A DNA stretch of 64,000 bases, from contig CDMY01000330.1 of assembly GCA_001179505.1 (NCBI GenBank), positions 54,125-118,124 of the forward strand, in the 5' to 3' direction. Shown in pieces: positions 18,527 to 36,700 of this stretch (position 1 is its first letter; every line of letters begins with the position of its first letter). A model generated the notes under the pieces. It did no database searches. It was not told the DNA's origin and worked only from the letters and a program-made list of their open reading frames with translations. Position numbers and translations under genes: made by a program. This stretch comes from Vitrella brassicaformis CCMP3155 (Eukaryota > Protista > Chromerida).

Positions 18527-19530
18527 GGATGCGCCTTGTGCATTGCAGCCCCGTCTGAGCTCCACACAAGCCCTCCGGCGCGCTGCATGAGTGCACTGCA
18601 ATGGGGCTCCGATGCCACACACCAATCTGGTCTCCAAAACCGTCGCAGCTCGGCTCGTTCTCGCTCAGGAAGCAGATTGCTGCACAAGTTCGACGCTGAT
18701 GAGCCTTCTGTCACTGAATTGCAGTCGAAGTGGCCTCCTTGGCGATGTGCGGCCTCTCCTCTGCAATGGGGCCCAGCGGTGGGGCCCCAGCTGATTTAGC
18801 TTTTTTCCGCATAACTGGAGCCTCCAGCTTAGTGGTGTGTGTTCTGTGAGGCACCTGTGAGCTTTTGGCGGCGCCACGTGGCCATTTGATGGATGGAAGA
18901 TGCCGAGTGGCGGAGTGTAGCCGAAGTGGCCTCGCCATTTAGTCAGTTCAGGCACAGCCCAGTCGGTGTGCTTCCCTGTCACAACCGTGAAGGGCGCAGG
19001 TTCGGTTCGCGGAGACGTCCGGTATAAGAACCACCGCGGGGCGGGGCCCTAGGAGGAAGGAGGAAGGATCGGACCTCTCGAGGCGGGCGACTCACTGAGT
19101 TACCCACCCCCTCGAGAGGTCTTGCCATTGTGAGCTGGCAATCCTGGGGGCTCTTGCGTCTCAACAGAGTGTTATGAGGCGTGACATGCTGCAGTTTGTG
19201 GGTCATTTTGGCTGTGCACACTGCACTGGGGCTCTCATCCTGGGCAGTTGACATGCATCCCTGGCTGCCTTTCAAAGTCATTGTGAAAGAGATTGTTACG
19301 CATCTCACCCGCACACAGCGGCTCGTTGGTTGTTGACAGCCGGCCTGTCATGAACCGAAATCGTAACTCATTGACTGCCGCCAGTCACTCAGCGACGAAC
19401 ATCATGCCTTGCAGGGCGCTGCTCAAGACGTACATCTACCGTTTCCACTACGGCGTGTTGCACTGTCACTGACATTCAGTCACTCACACATGTATATGTT
19501 TCTGATGCAGAACCATTTCTGCCTGGCTGG
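18527..19530 (-). repeat. Dispersed ~1 kb repeat, copy 2 (internal deletion relative to copy 3)
   Basis: The reverse complement matches copy 1 and copy 3. It also shares the upstream block CAGTGCAAC...GATGTACGTCTTGAGCAGCGCC with copy 3. Confidence 0.9.
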
Positions 19531-19644
19531 TCACTCAGAAACGCAACGACACTGCATGCACGGCTCATGTCCAACTTCGCGCGTCACTCTCAGATGGACT
19601 GCGAGAGTGCATCTTCATGTGTGTGCTGACTGGTCGTTGATCAG

Positions 19645-21220
19645 TCAGCCGACTCGTGTGGTCTTCCAGCCCTGGAGCAAAAACACACAGGCCGACCAAA
19701 GGGGCGTTGCTCTGCTCTGTACATGTGCGCTGTGGTCTCCCCCGTGTGCATACACTCACCCCCAGCTCATCGAGCTTCGTTGCAATGTAGTTGAGACGCT
19801 TCGCGTTGACCTGCACAAGAAGAGGCAGTGTCAATCGACGGCAGTACATGTAAGCGGGCAGGCCGTTGGGCGTGTGTGTGTCAGCTGTGTGTGCTGTTTG
19901 CGACGTACGCCGAGGTCAGAGTCGCCTGAAGACGCACAGACACACACACACACACAGAACAATATCGGTACGTGAAATGAATTGGCCAAGTGAGAGAGCG
20001 TGTTTGTGTGGTTGGTGACCTTGTCTCGACGCAGACCGGACCAACACCTTGCCGCCATCCTGGCCAGATGCAATCGATGTCACATACACGACATGCACAT
20101 CCATCATGTGGGTGTAAGGTGTATCTGTCGGTCGGCGGCCGGCGGGTGCCCACCTTGACAGCGAACTCGAGGTCGTCAATAAAACCTGCGTGAAGACCGA
20201 CACACCCACACGCAGCAAAGGCCATTTCCACTCCCCAATCAATGAATGCTATCATCGTTGACTGCCGACCGAAGAGGCTGGATTCTGCCTGTGCGTAGAT
20301 GTAGTCGCCCTTGGTGCTGACGACCTTCAGCCCGCCGCCATCAATGCCGTTCTGGCCAGCGGGATAGCTCTCCAGCACCTGGTTACAAGAAGGAAAACCA
20401 TTCATGATTCCTCAGACCTCGTCAGGATACGCTTCACATCGGGAGTGAGTGAGCACCTTTTTGATGTCGGCCATGGCTGCCTCCTTGCTCTTGGAGAACT
20501 CCAAAGGAGGGTAGCTGCAGTGCACAACAAGGGCGAAGCAAAGGTGGGTGAGCCAGCAGCAGACCTCTCTAGTGTGCGTGAGTATGTGTCTTTCTGCCCC
20601 ATACTTACTAGTGGGTCGAGTCGGATGGCGACACCGAACTGCACACAGACTCACGCAGATCCATGCACAGAGCCTCCTCTCTGGTGTGTTCAGGTGTGTG
20701 TGTCTTCGTGAGTCGCCATACCTGGAAAGGCAGTTGGGGTTGGTGGGGCAGATCTTAAGAGAGCCGTCAGAGCGCACGCCGAGACTGCACGCACGGGCAG
20801 TGGTATTCATCCCTCGCGCACCTGTGTGCCTGTCTGTCTTCGTGTGAGTGTCTTGCCGCCTCACTCACTCTGTCGGCTGGGTGCCAGGGGACTGCAGAAA
20901 CGGCACCGCCGCATCCGCCGACTTAACAAAACCTGCACACATCACAGATGGACACAAATACACAGACAAACAGGCAGATATGGACCGAACTCACACAACC
21001 CCATCTGGTGCAGCCTACCTGCCACAAAAGGCGTCAATGATGCTGCCACGGACAGGGCGCGGGAAAATGCCACTCGACGGGACGTTGCGTCGTCCTGCGA
21101 TGCCATGTGGAGAGGGGAGAAACGTTGACGAACATTCGCATGAGTCAGGCGGGATGTCGGCACGTGAAAGGCCAACGTTGCAGTGACTGCCACCAGGGAG
21201 AGGACAGTGAATAGCTTCAT
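19645..21220 (-). CDS. DUF1499-family protein, predicted thylakoid lumen (signal peptide + transit peptide + twin-Arg)
   Basis: MKLFTVLSLVAVTATLA|F, SRRVAFSRALSVAASL, LKICPTNPNCLS, GDYIYAQAESSLFGFIDDLEF, VLVRSASRQGDSDLGVNAKRLNYI...LGGW. Confidence 0.85.
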
Positions 21221-21441
21221 TGAGCCAGCCAAACACGAAAAAAAGAACCCCTTGCTGGGGCGAGCTTGTAAGTCAATCCCTCATCCCCTTCCGAAGCTTC
21301 CGAGGTTCCCAGGTACACAAGCACCGCACAGAGAGGCAGCTGCGGAATCAATCAGATCTATCAAATGCTCTTCATGTCTGCTCAGGTGGCAGTCCTCGCC
21401 ATGGCTATCAGGGAACGGAGCGTTACAAATTCTTCAGCAGG

Positions 21442-21921
21442 ATGGACTCAAGTTACCAAGCCGCTCTTCTTAGTTTTTTCGTTGCCGTGCTTTCGCTTTG
21501 CTTCGTCCTGGGGACGTTGACTTTCGTCGCGCAGCCAAACCGCGATGATATCATCGGCATCAAGCAGACGCTGCGGCTGATGGTGGATGTGGATTCTGCC
21601 ACATGGCAGAGAACGCGAGACGAGATACTCAGCGACAACAGCACGTCGGTCCGTGAGAAGGTCATAATGATAGAGGCCATGGACGACGTCGTCAAGGAGG
21701 TCAGACAGCGAGTGGGCAGCAAGGACAGGAAGCATCTCAAGGGCTCTACTTCGCCCAAGCAGGAGAAGAAGCCAGCGGCTATGATGAATGAGCGAACCAC
21801 CGGGCACCGTCGGGACACGGGCAGCGAGAGTGTGGTTCACGTAGATGGACAGGCGCAGAACGGAGTGCATGGCACCGAAGCCGCTGACGGTGCCAGTCAG
21901 GCTACTCGTGTGAGTGGGTGA
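21442..21921 (+). CDS. Hypothetical single-exon protein with an N-terminal TM/signal segment
   Basis: ATG at 21442 (MDSSYQAALLSFFVAVLSLCFVLGTLTFVAQ); uninterrupted and free of microsatellites to the stop at 21921. Confidence 0.5.
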   Translation: MDSSYQAALLSFFVAVLSLCFVLGTLTFVAQPNRDDIIGIKQTLRLMVDVDSATWQRTRDEILSDNSTSVREKVIMIEAMDDVVKEVRQRVGSKDRKHLKGSTSPKQEKKPAAMMNERTTGHRRDTGSESVVHVDGQAQNGVHGTEAADGASQATRVSG

Positions 21922-22315
21922 GACTGCGGCAGTTTGTGTCAGTGTCTCGAGGTTTTTGCACAGGTGGCTGGTGGGTCACTGCTGTGACTGTAGTGTAGCT
22001 GTTTGTACGTTTGTGGTGGTACGGTACCTGAAGTGTAGCCGTCATTTTAGCTATCGTAGGTCTGTGCGTGGACGTGTGTGCACCGTCACAATCAACTCTT
22101 TATGGATCCGACCATCAATTGTGAGAGAGTGAATGGTAGGCAGACAGATAAGTCTCAAAATCCCGCCCCCGTGAATGTAGTGTACCATCCCTCGCTTGTG
22201 GCTGCATTTTCAAACCATGAGGAGGTCGCATTTGCCACCCGTCAGTCAAATCTTGGCAAAATGGACTCAACTCACTCGCTCCAGCATAGACAGCCGTCTA
22301 TCTGTCGGACACGGT

Positions 22316-25040
22316 CTATCTCTTGGCCACCATGTGTGGCGTCATCATCCACATGACCTGCGCCATGACGTCCTCCACAGACGGCACAGTCGCCTCCCTG
22401 TCAACACACACACATGCACACAATTCAGTTGTGTTGTGTTGTGTCTCTCTGTGAGTGTGGCGTGGTGTGCGTCTCACTCACTCTAGTTTGGCGTTATATG
22501 GTGTGGGAATGTCCTTGGCGCCCACCCGTGTGGGCACGTCGGCAAGCGTGTCGGAGCAGTTCTCTATCACACACGACAGGATGTCGGCCCCCTGCAGACA
22601 CAATGGGGGGAGAACACCATGCACACACACACACAGATCCATCGATGTGGGTCGGGTCGACGGGGTGGGTGGGGTGCGAGTGGCTGTGTTGCAGGTTTGC
22701 TTACCACCCCGCCGGCCTTGCTGCTCTCCTCGAGTATGATACACCTGTGTGTTTTGGATATCGACTTTTTGATGGCCTCCACGTCGAGCGGCTTAAGCGA
22801 TATGAGATCGATTATCTCAAGGGACAGGCCCGTCTGAGGGACACACAGACGGACACATCCAGTCGATTGATTCGTCTCTCTCTGTGGGTATGTATCGCAC
22901 CTACCTTCTCCAGCCTCTTGGCTGCCTCGACGGCCACGTGCCGCTGTCGGCTGTAGCACAACACAGTCAGGTCCTTGCCTGCATTGCATACATGCATCGA
23001 TCCACACGCACAGGCAGGGGCGTCATCATACTGATGGATGGATGGATGGATGGATGGGGGGCCTGTGTATGTCTGTCTGTCTGTCTGTGCGTACCTTCCT
23101 TGACCAGCTCAGCCTTGTCGATGGCCTGTGTGTAGGGCAGGTAGGGAATCTCCTCCTTGAGGTTATACAACAACACTAAATGGACAACGCATACACACAC
23201 ACAACACACGAAGGCAGGAACATGGATAGATGCTATGCGTGTGTGTGACGTGCGGACGTGTGGATGCACTGGTCACGTAGTGTATGTAGTAAGTAGGTCC
23301 ATCACCCCCCACCCACCCACCCCCCTCCCCACCGTGTTCGAAGAAGACCACTGGGTTGTTGTCGCGGATCGCAGCTTTCAACAGACCTGTATGTATGTAA
23401 GTCAATACGTATGGATGGATGGTGTGTGCGTCAAGTCAGTCACAGAACACACAGGGAGAGAGAGAAGGAAATGTGTACAGTACACAGGTGTACGCATATG
23501 TACGCACGTACGTATGTGCCCATCGACGCATGCGTGTCGTGTGCACCTCACTCACCTCGTGCGTTTCTGGGTGTGCTGCATGCGACCAGCTTGAGCCCAG
23601 GCACCGCATTCAAATACGCCTCTAGACGCTGACAGACATCCGTGTGAGATTGCGTACAGGAGGCGCATCGCATACATACCTGTGAGTGCTCCGGTCCCAG
23701 CTGCTTGCCAATACCGCCGGGGCCGCGGATCACTGATGGATACAGCCAGACAGACACACCATATTTGTGTGTGTGTCTCTGTACTGAATGTACCCATCCA
23801 TGTGTGTGTGCGTGGCTGCCGCCCTGCACTCACCGACAGGGATGTCATACTGCCCGCCAGACGTGTACCGCATCATCCCTGCTCAGGCAACACACACAAC
23901 ACAACAGACCTGCATGCTTGGTGGCCAATACACCTGTTGGTTGATCTCGATCCATATGTACCGACCGGCATTGTTGGCAATCTGGTTGTAGGCGAGGAGG
24001 AGAAAGCCCATGTTCATGCCCTCCACAATCGGCCGCAGACCAGTCGCTGCCGCACCGATCGCCATGCCTGCACACACACGACCAACAGTCAGTCATACAC
24101 ACAGATCTGGTCTGGTCTGGTACATGCGCATACATACAGCTGTGATTGATGTGATCGACTGGCTGACTGACTGACCGGTGAAAGTGTTTTCGACGATGGG
24201 CGTGTCCATCACTTGGAAGTTGCCGAAGCGGTAGTGGAGATCCTTCGACACCTGCAGCACTTACAGCACCCACACCACACACGATATGTGTTATGAGGCC
24301 ACTGCTTGTGTGGTGGGAGCGTCCGTGTCTTGCCTTGTATGATCCTCCGTAATGGCCCACATCCTCGCCTATCAGACACACCGTCGGATCCCTGCGCGCG
24401 CGCGCGCACACACACACACACACACATGGACAGACAGAGACTCCTTGCCGTGTACTGTATGCGTCTGTGTCAGGTCAGCACGCCGCCTGCCCTGCGCACC
24501 TACCTCTCCATCTCCTCTGCCGTGGCCATATGCAGCGCCTGGCCACACATTCGCACACACAAGTGTGCAGTGCACAAGACACAGCGCTTTGCGTACAGGG
24601 AATGCAGTGTGTGCGTTTGGCTGAACAGACAGACCTACCTGGAACATTGTGCGTTCGACAGTCCAGTCCTTGACGCTCTTGCCGTTGACCTTGTCGCCAT
24701 CTAGCACGGCGCTACCCTGCACACACACACACTCACCATTACTTCCCCGAGCCATGCATGGGTCTGTCAAATGTGCATACCATGTAGAGGGGCGATGCGC
24801 GCCCAGCAGATGGCCTTCGTGCGTCCGCCACTGCTGGCCGGCCATCCCTGGCAGCACACCACACCAGCAACCACCACGCACACACACCCAGTGCAGTGCA
24901 TAAGATACGCACAGATACATAGATCAAGGCATCCTCCCCGCTCACCGCCTCAGCACGTTCCTGGCGACGAAGCCCTCAGCGGACCAGGGCCACACTGCAA
25001 CCGCATTCACAACCAGCAGTAGCAGCAACAAATCTGTCAT
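22316..25040 (-). CDS. pdhB: Plastid pyruvate dehydrogenase E1 beta subunit, multi-exon
   Basis: Leader [23 protein letters not shown]|F; [103 protein letters not shown]. Confidence 0.95.
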
Positions 25041-25736
25041 GGTTGCTGCACGTGACGGACGTGCACCAATGGATCTGATCTGTGCGCACGAGAGAGGGGC
25101 AGATCCGACCCGGCAGCCCCCTCTGCTATGCAATGCACAGACTGATTGGCGGCTTCTAGAAACGCGCGACCCTTTTCTTCTTGCGAGCTGTCCAGATCTG
25201 CGAGCTTAGCCGAAAGTCGTTCTCGTTTTGGGCATGAAGCTTCTGCTGTCGTCCACATCAAGCTGTTGGTGTCAGTGACCACTGCCGAGGCATTCATCTC
25301 GCCTGCCACCCCCATATCTTCACCATAGGTAAGGCTTCACGTCTGTGAGGGATACACGCAGCGCGGTGGTAGCTAGATGTGTGTGGATGGGATGCCTCAC
25401 CTGTCTGTGTGTCTGTGTGTGGTTGCCGTGATGCCAGGTGCGAATCAGTCGAGATCGACGAGGTGAGATGCGAGCGGATCTGTGCCAGACACGCGCTGCC
25501 GTCGCCAAATGCATGTGCTGTGATGTGTGTTGTGTGACAGGCCTCGCGGGCCGTCCTCGTCGACGAGAAAGAGCGCCAAGACGCACGTCAACAACATTAA
25601 CCCACACGCGCCGCAGGTAGGTACCTGGGGTGGGTAGTCACACACACACGTGCACTGACAGGTGTGTGTGTATGGATGGTCTGGGTATCTCTGTGTGGGT
25701 GTGGCTGTGTATGGTCAGCACCAGTACGCCCCTTCT

Positions 25737-29566
<3,830 letters not shown>

Positions 29567-29891
29567 TGGAGTGAGTGAGTCATCGAGGGATCGATAGCGG
29601 GATTGGGTGGGTGGGTGTGTTGGCCGGACCAGCCGCAAGCCACATGATTTCTTTATCTATCTGGATGAATGCTCCACCCCACCCGCCTCGACGCAGTGTG
29701 CGTGTGCATGTGTATGTGTGTGTGTGTAAACATACATACACACATATATATACATACATCTCCCTGTGTCTCTTTATCCACCCACCCCAGCACACCTGCC
29801 TGCCTGTCTGCCTGTCTGTCTGTGTTGCTTTTTTTATCCACTCTCGTCAGTCTGTGTGTCTGTCTGTCTGTCTGACTGACTAACTGACTGA

Positions 29892-30826
29892 CTAGACGGA
29901 CGAGTAGCCAGCCGCACGAGTGACTAACGCGCCACCCGGCCCACCACCTGTCTGTCTGTCTGTCTGTCCGTGTCTGCGAATGTACGTGTATGTATTTGTG
30001 CGCTTCTCTATCGGTCCCTGGGTGGGTGGGTGGGTGGGTGGCTGTCTGATGGGAGTTTTGTTGGCGCTGTGTGTGTCTCTGTGTCTGTGTGTTGTCTGCC
30101 TTGTGAGTGTGTGTTGCGCATGACGTGCATCCCCGGGGGGCTTTGGTCTGTTCGTCGTCTGTTGACCTCCTCAACGGAAAGATTGTGCTCACGCCTTTGT
30201 GCGAGTGCGGTCACGATCCTTCGGCGGCTGGGTGGCTCAGACAGACGACGGCCAGCGAGGGAGGAAGCAGCCTCTGCCTGTCCCGATGGCTGGCTGGATG
30301 CATGGATGGATGGATGAGTATGCAATCCAGAGTGTGTGTGGGTGCAGAGGTGTGTAGGTCCTTCCGTACGCACGATTGGACGCAGGCAAGTGCGCCTTGT
30401 GCCGTGCTGTGCTGTGTTGTGTTGTGTGTGTGCGCCCCTTTTTGGCGACGCACACGACACAACAGACCATCCTATCTCATCCCATCTCATCTCATCTCAT
30501 CCAGCTCGCATATACTGCAGTACTGCAGACGTTCACGTTGTCAGAGGAGGATTTTCTTTGTCTGTCTGTCTACGGCCTGTCTGAGTGTCTGTGTGTGTGT
30601 GAGTGTGTGTCGCTTTCTTCCTTTTTGCCGCGTGTAGCTAGATGTAATGTACATCAATCACGCCTGTGTGTGTGTGCGCGTCCCACTATTGCCTCTCCGT
30701 TTTTGTCGCATTCGTGCTTATACATACCCACGCACAACACCGCACCCGTCAGTCGGTCTCCGTCCCGTTCTGTGTCGTCTCTGCGTACCTGCCTAGACAC
30801 GACACGCCTATCAAACGATACTTATG

Positions 30827-30858
<32 letters not shown>

Positions 30859-31704
30859 CATGTGGCGTGTCGTGTGTGTCTCTCTCTCTCTCTCTCGCCC
30901 TGCCTGGGACATATATTTTTGTGTCACACCGGCCGGTAGGCAAAGAATGAGTGGCGCGTGGCGTCGAGTCGATCTGGCGCGTGTGTGTGGGCAATGCACT
31001 GCATTGACGTGTGTGTCTCTCTGTCTGCTGTGTGCGAGGTGAGTGAGGAAGTGGACTGACTGGTTTGATGTGACTGATGTCATGAGAGTCGAGTGGCCGC
31101 CCTTTTTTCAGGCCACCCACCGAGAGAGACACGGAGAGAGGGACTGACTTGACCGAATCGATGCTGACCCAATCATCGGCTCATGGTGGTTGAAAGCCTT
31201 ACACACAAATCGCACACGCCATTGTGTATGAATGTCCATCGTACCTACCGTACCCACACAGGACACAGCACCCACAGGGCTACACGCCATGATGCACTGC
31301 GCACGCCTCAATGGGCACGGCTGACGATTTCTCCATCTGGTCGACCAGCGCACCAATGTCAACGCTCACACCTGCGCCTCAACAAACACACTCCATCCAT
31401 CCAGCCATGTCTCTCCCTCTCCCTCTCCCTCTCTGTTGTGTCTCTTGCCAACCCGTGATCCACTTCTCCAGTGTCTTGTCTGCGGTCCTCCTTGGCACGC
31501 CTCAACGAATCAACCAATCCAATCAAATCAACCAAGAATGGAAAAGCATACACACACGTGCAGTCCCTGCCGTGTTTGTTGCACGATAAGTGCGTATACC
31601 TTACCTGAGTGTCTGCAGCAGTTCCTGTCTGTGGGCGAGATACGCACGCAGAGGGGCGTTGCGGTCGCCACACGGCTGCGGCTGGAGCTGTGGCTATGCC
31701 CACT

Positions 31705-31738
<34 letters not shown>

Positions 31739-33407
31739 CGAGCTTGGATACACGCATAGGGAGGGGTGTGTGTCCACTGACCTGTGTGTGGGTCGCTGCC
31801 GGCTCCTCACGCGTCTCCTCTGTCTCTGTCTGCACCTCCTTGTTCACAGCTGCATGGACGGTGTACACACACACACGCAGCGACATATGTCTCGCCCCCC
31901 CACACCCCCCGCAATCCATCCCACCTATGGGCTCGTTCTCGTCGTTGTCCTGCACGCACACAGCACACAGCAGAACACAGCACAAGACACAGTAAGCGTC
32001 TGTGAGCATGGAATGGCATTCTTACCTCTGCTGCGGTTGGCATAACGGCAACAGTGAAGGGCCCGGGCTCCATCTGAGACAGAGGACATGCATACCCAGG
32101 CACAGACATGACACACTCACCAGCTGGGAGTGTGTGTGCTCTGGTTTCTCCACCCACCCCAGCCAGCCCGCCCGCCTTTCTCTCACTCACGTGTGCTTTC
32201 ATGAGGAGCTCGTCCATCCTGTCCTTAACGGCGGCGGAGAAACGACGCGTGCCGCTCCTCTGGGCTGCAGGCAGGTGAGGTGCAGGTGTATGGGAAAATG
32301 CGGCTCGTTCGTCGATCCCATCCATGCATCCATCCATCCATCGCCTTATGCGTACGTACGTATTTGGAGCAGCATGTTGCTTGGGTGATCTCGGTCGTCC
32401 TCGTGATCTGCACGGATGCATTTGTATGTGTGTATGTGTGTGTGCTGCATACCCCACGCACCCACCCACGCACCTTCAGATTCGCTGTGTTGATCTTCTT
32501 CACTCTCGGTGTCCTGCCTCTTGATGTCCTCCAACAGAGCTGCCAGCTGCACCGCACCGTACCGTGCGCATGCCAGCCAGCCACACGAATGCACCATGCG
32601 TCCACACGACCCCACTTGTGTGCCTTTCTTGCCTTCTTGACGCGTGTTGATTCGGGGTTGCCCCAGCTGAGCCTTTCCGCAGACTCATCAGACAGCGGCG
32701 ACTCCAACAAGGGCCCTGCACTGCACGAGCAGCCAGCCGCACATCATCTTAGTGTGTTCGCCCTTACGCTTGTGCGTCGGGGCTCTCAAGTGGGGGTGCT
32801 AGAATTGACCATTCCTCTCCGTGTCTGCACACACACGCACGCACGCGCGCGTACACACACATGATGCATACGCTATGCGACGTACTGCCCGTCTTGAGGG
32901 TGTGAGTGGTGTGCCGACAGCTCAGGCAGCCGCGCACGCAAGGCGGCGACCTCCAGGTCCTTGGCGACCTTTTCCTTGACGAGTCGCTCATTCATCTCCT
33001 CCATCAGGCGCAGACCCTCAGCCACATCCTCAAACACATCCTCAAGCTCCGCCTGCATAACCATGGTGGAAGCCAACCACACCACACACGTACTCTACTC
33101 TATGCGCGTCCGTGTCCGTGTGCACCCCTCCCTCCCTGTGTTCGCACCTTACCTTGCTGCCGGCTTTGCCGAAGCTCTCTCTCAGCTTGCTGAGGAGGCT
33201 CTTTCGCTCCTGTGTGCCCCCCTCACCCTCCCCCTCCCCGTCCCCGTGGATGGTGATCTGGGGGATCTGGAGCAGCTCGAGGGAAGGACGGCTGCTGGTG
33301 GGGGGCCCATCCTCGTCAGCTTCTTCTCGTTCGAAGAAGATACACCTACTTAGACCATGGGTGTCCGTTCCCTCTGCCTCTATCTCTCCATCTCCTCCTT
33401 CGTCCAT
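29892..33407 (-). CDS. Hypothetical acidic/coiled-coil protein, multi-exon (boundaries uncertain)
   Basis: GT-AG-bounded coding-like segments (ELEDVFEDVAEGLRLMEEMNERLVKEKVAKDLEVAALRAR; VQLAALLEDIKRQ; RRLSEPPSRRR). No family was recognised. Confidence 0.5.
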
Positions 33408-33541
33408 CACTCCCTGTGCCTTCGTGGCTGTGGGGCCTTCCACACGCCTACAGAACGATCAAACGTCGCGAGGGGCGCTTCGGTTCAGCACGGGTAGAGC
33501 TTCACAAGCGGTGGGGCCTTGGTCTGCAATGAATTCGACCC

Positions 33542-33572
33542 TGCGAGCTTCGAGCTCTTTTCTTGCGAGCTT
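33542..33572. promoter_or_regulatory. Two TGCGAGCTT motifs in a divergent spacer
   Basis: Copies at 33542 and 33564, between the ATGs at 33407 (-) and 33735 (+). Confidence 0.5.
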
Positions 33573-33734
33573 AGAGAGGGCAGATCTTCCTCAGATCTTC
33601 CCCGGTGGGATGCGCACTCTGAGGCGTAGACATAGACAAAAAAGAAAGGCTCGGTGTGCGTCGGGCTGTGTTCATACCTGCCTGTGGTTGTGTATCTGTC
33701 AGTCAGTCAGCGACGGGTGAGTAGGGAGGGAGGG

Positions 33735-36700
33735 ATGCGGGGCGTCAGCGTGGCTCTGCTGCTGTGTCTGCCATCGCTGGCCCTATCGCAGGTGGGTGGC
33801 TTGATTCACGCAGACACACTCATGTCGGGCGTTTCTATGACTCACTCACTGCATTCACTCGTGTGTGCGTGGATGCGATGCGTGTGTGTGCAGATCCGTG
33901 GTCAGTGCCTGCCGCCCTCTCAGCTGCACCTCTCCCCCTCCCCTCTCACCATCGGACGCAACAACACCACGCCCATTCTCGCGGGCGTCTATGAGGCACG
34001 CACACACGCATCCATAGCCATGGCGCGGATCGTCCGTTAATCTCTCTCTCGTGTGTGTGTGTGTGTGTTAGGTGGATGATCCGGGCACCGGCAGGGTGGC
34101 CGACACGATAGTCAAGATCCTTCTCACCGAAGCTGGTAGGGTGCAGCGTTCACCCATCGACTTTGTGTGTGTGCTTGGTGGGCGTGCACATCTCTCTGTG
34201 TGTGTGGTGTGTGCTTCCTGATTGGTGAATGCAGTGGGCGTCCTGACGGAATGGAGCCCTGTGGAGGTCACATACGACAGGGAATTCATGCAGGTACGCA
34301 CACGTGGCTGTACACACACACACACACACACACAGCACAACACAACACAAACAGGGAGGTAACGTAACAAGAGTCTGTGTGTGTGTGGTTGGTCAGGTCA
34401 TGTCTGGCTGCACAGCGACTGTCGAAGAGTCAGACGACGGCAGGTGCGTGAGTGATTCAGTCAGTAGTCGCACACAAATATTCCTCTCTGCACACCGCAC
34501 TGCGCAGCGCCGCCCCCGCCGTCAGCTGTGAGGAGAGGTCCATTCGGGCGGAGGGCTACCCCCAGGCTATGTACTTCTCGGAGGTCTGGCCGAGTGCTAG
34601 CGACGGTAGGTACCACAACTCGCACATATATGATGCACATTCGCACACGTGCACATTTGTTTGTTGGTGCGCACCGCACAGGGTGGCAGGAGGCGCTCAA
34701 CGGCCGGAGACCGCTGTTTGAGGTCACACAGACACACACACACACACACACACACAGAGAGAGAGAGATACACGCGCTGATGCGTATCTATCGTGGTTGT
34801 GTGTGTCAATGATATGACCCAGGTGTCACGGATGGGCCCCACTGGCTACGCGGGCATCAGCAAGTTCTTCGTCAAAGGCACGCTGACTGACAAACACACA
34901 CCTCTCTCTGCATTTGGCAGCGGCATGGACACACAACCATTAATGTGTCTGTCAATGTCAATGTGTGTCCAACGTGCACACACAACACAGGTGGTGGATT
35001 GGAGGCGTCCCGTGCCCACAATGAGAGTTTCCCTTTGCCGATTGAGCACTGGCGTACGTGGCGAGACCCCTCCCTGGCCCAGTACTTCGTCAACGTACAG
35101 GACATCGCACTGCAGGGGTATGTATACTCTCATCACATCTCTCTGTCTGTGGCACACAAGTGCAGGCAGACAGACAGACAGACACGTGTGTGTGTGTGTG
35201 TGCGTAGGTATTTGCCGCTGGCCACGTGTTCCAATGCGTCCTCCCCGTTCCCCGAGGAGAGGGACATGCTCATCAGGTCAGTCGGGTGGCTGGGTGGCTG
35301 GCGGGGTGCGCAGCACACGATTGTGACAGAGAGAGGAGGGAGAGTGTGTATGCGATTGTGAGCGTGTTTGCATTTGTAGAGCCAACATGACGTGCATCGA
35401 CGACAGATGGTACGTGCCATGCCCACTCACAGCCACTCACACACACACACACACACACACACATGCCTGTAGGTCAGTCCTGTCCTCCTCTGTGTATGTG
35501 TATGTGATGTGTAGGTGGGTGAGCCGTGCGTGTGCTTCCCGGCTGCCTCCCTCCAACGCCACCACAGCCGACCTCAGCAGATGCCTACCATTCTTCTCCT
35601 ACGACACATGTACCTACACACACACAGAGAGAGAGAGAGAGAGCACAGAGAGAGAGAGAGGGATATGAAGACAAGCGACATCCCCCGCTGCACGTAGTAT
35701 TGGCGTGTGTGTCACTCTCTTAGGGTTCGATTGGTTCGCCTCGTCGGTGATGCTGCCGCTGCACGCGGCCGACGGCGTGCCGGTGGTGTTTGGCGTGTGG
35801 GAGTACACCTTGCTGCTGGACACGCTGATTCCTGAGGGGTCTAACACCTTTCTCTTCGACTGGTGGTGGCCCGACGCATCNNNNNNNNNNNNNNNNNNNN
35901 NNNNNNNNNNNNNNNNNNNNNNNNNNNNNNNNNNNNNNNNNNNNNNNNNNNNNNNNNNNNNNNNNNNNNNNNNNNNNNNNNNNNNNNNNNNNNNNNNNNN
36001 NNNNNNNNNNNNNNNNNNNNNNNNNNNNNNNNNNNNNNNNNNNNNNNNNNNNNNNNNNNNNNNNNNNNNNNNNNNNNNNNNNNNNNNNNNNNNNNNNNNN
36101 NNNNNNNNNNNNNNNNNNNNNNNNNNNNNNNNNNNNNNNNNNNNNNNNNNNNNNNNNNNNNNNNNNNNNNNNNNNNNNNNGGGGTCCTGCAGCTCAGCTG
36201 TCTGCGCGTCTGTCTGTCTGTTAGGGTCAATGCGGTTGAGCTGCAGCTGCCCGAGGTAGCATGGCCACACCCACACCCACACCCACACCCGCACACGCAC
36301 AGACACAGACACCCCGGTGCACTGCACTCACATCCTTCCAGCCCACACGTGAGTGTATGCGTCCCTGTGTGTTTGTTTGTCTGCCCACACAGACGTCGCC
36401 GGTGTATCCTGAGGTGCTGTTCAAGGCCGCCTGGCGGGGAATCAAAGACTACGCACCCGCTGGTGGGTCCCTGGGCGGGCGGGGGATATGATTGACGGGT
36501 GTGTGGTGGATTTCTGTGTGTACCTGTCTCCCTGTCTGTCTGCCCTTTTGTCTGTCTGTCTAGCGTATCGGTTCCTGGAGCGAGTCGAGTTCAGCGGCCC
36601 TGACGCAGAGACATGGATGGAGAGGCACGCACTTGCACGCAACACCCACACACACACACACACACACTGTTGACACCTCCCCACACGTTGGGTGTGTGTC

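Noticed and set aside
18696-18733. CTGATGAG in the dispersed repeat, resembling a hammerhead ribozyme core
   Set aside because: The downstream word is CGAAG rather than GAAA, and I could not form stem II.
29575-31132. Many ORFs rich in CVCV, HTHT, TDRQ and MDGW
   Set aside because: These are translations of (GT)n, (CA)n, (GACA)n and (GGAT)n microsatellites, which lack stop codons.
35614-36495. Long ORFs spanning 35.6-36.5 kb
   Set aside because: Artefacts of reading through the 300-N gap.
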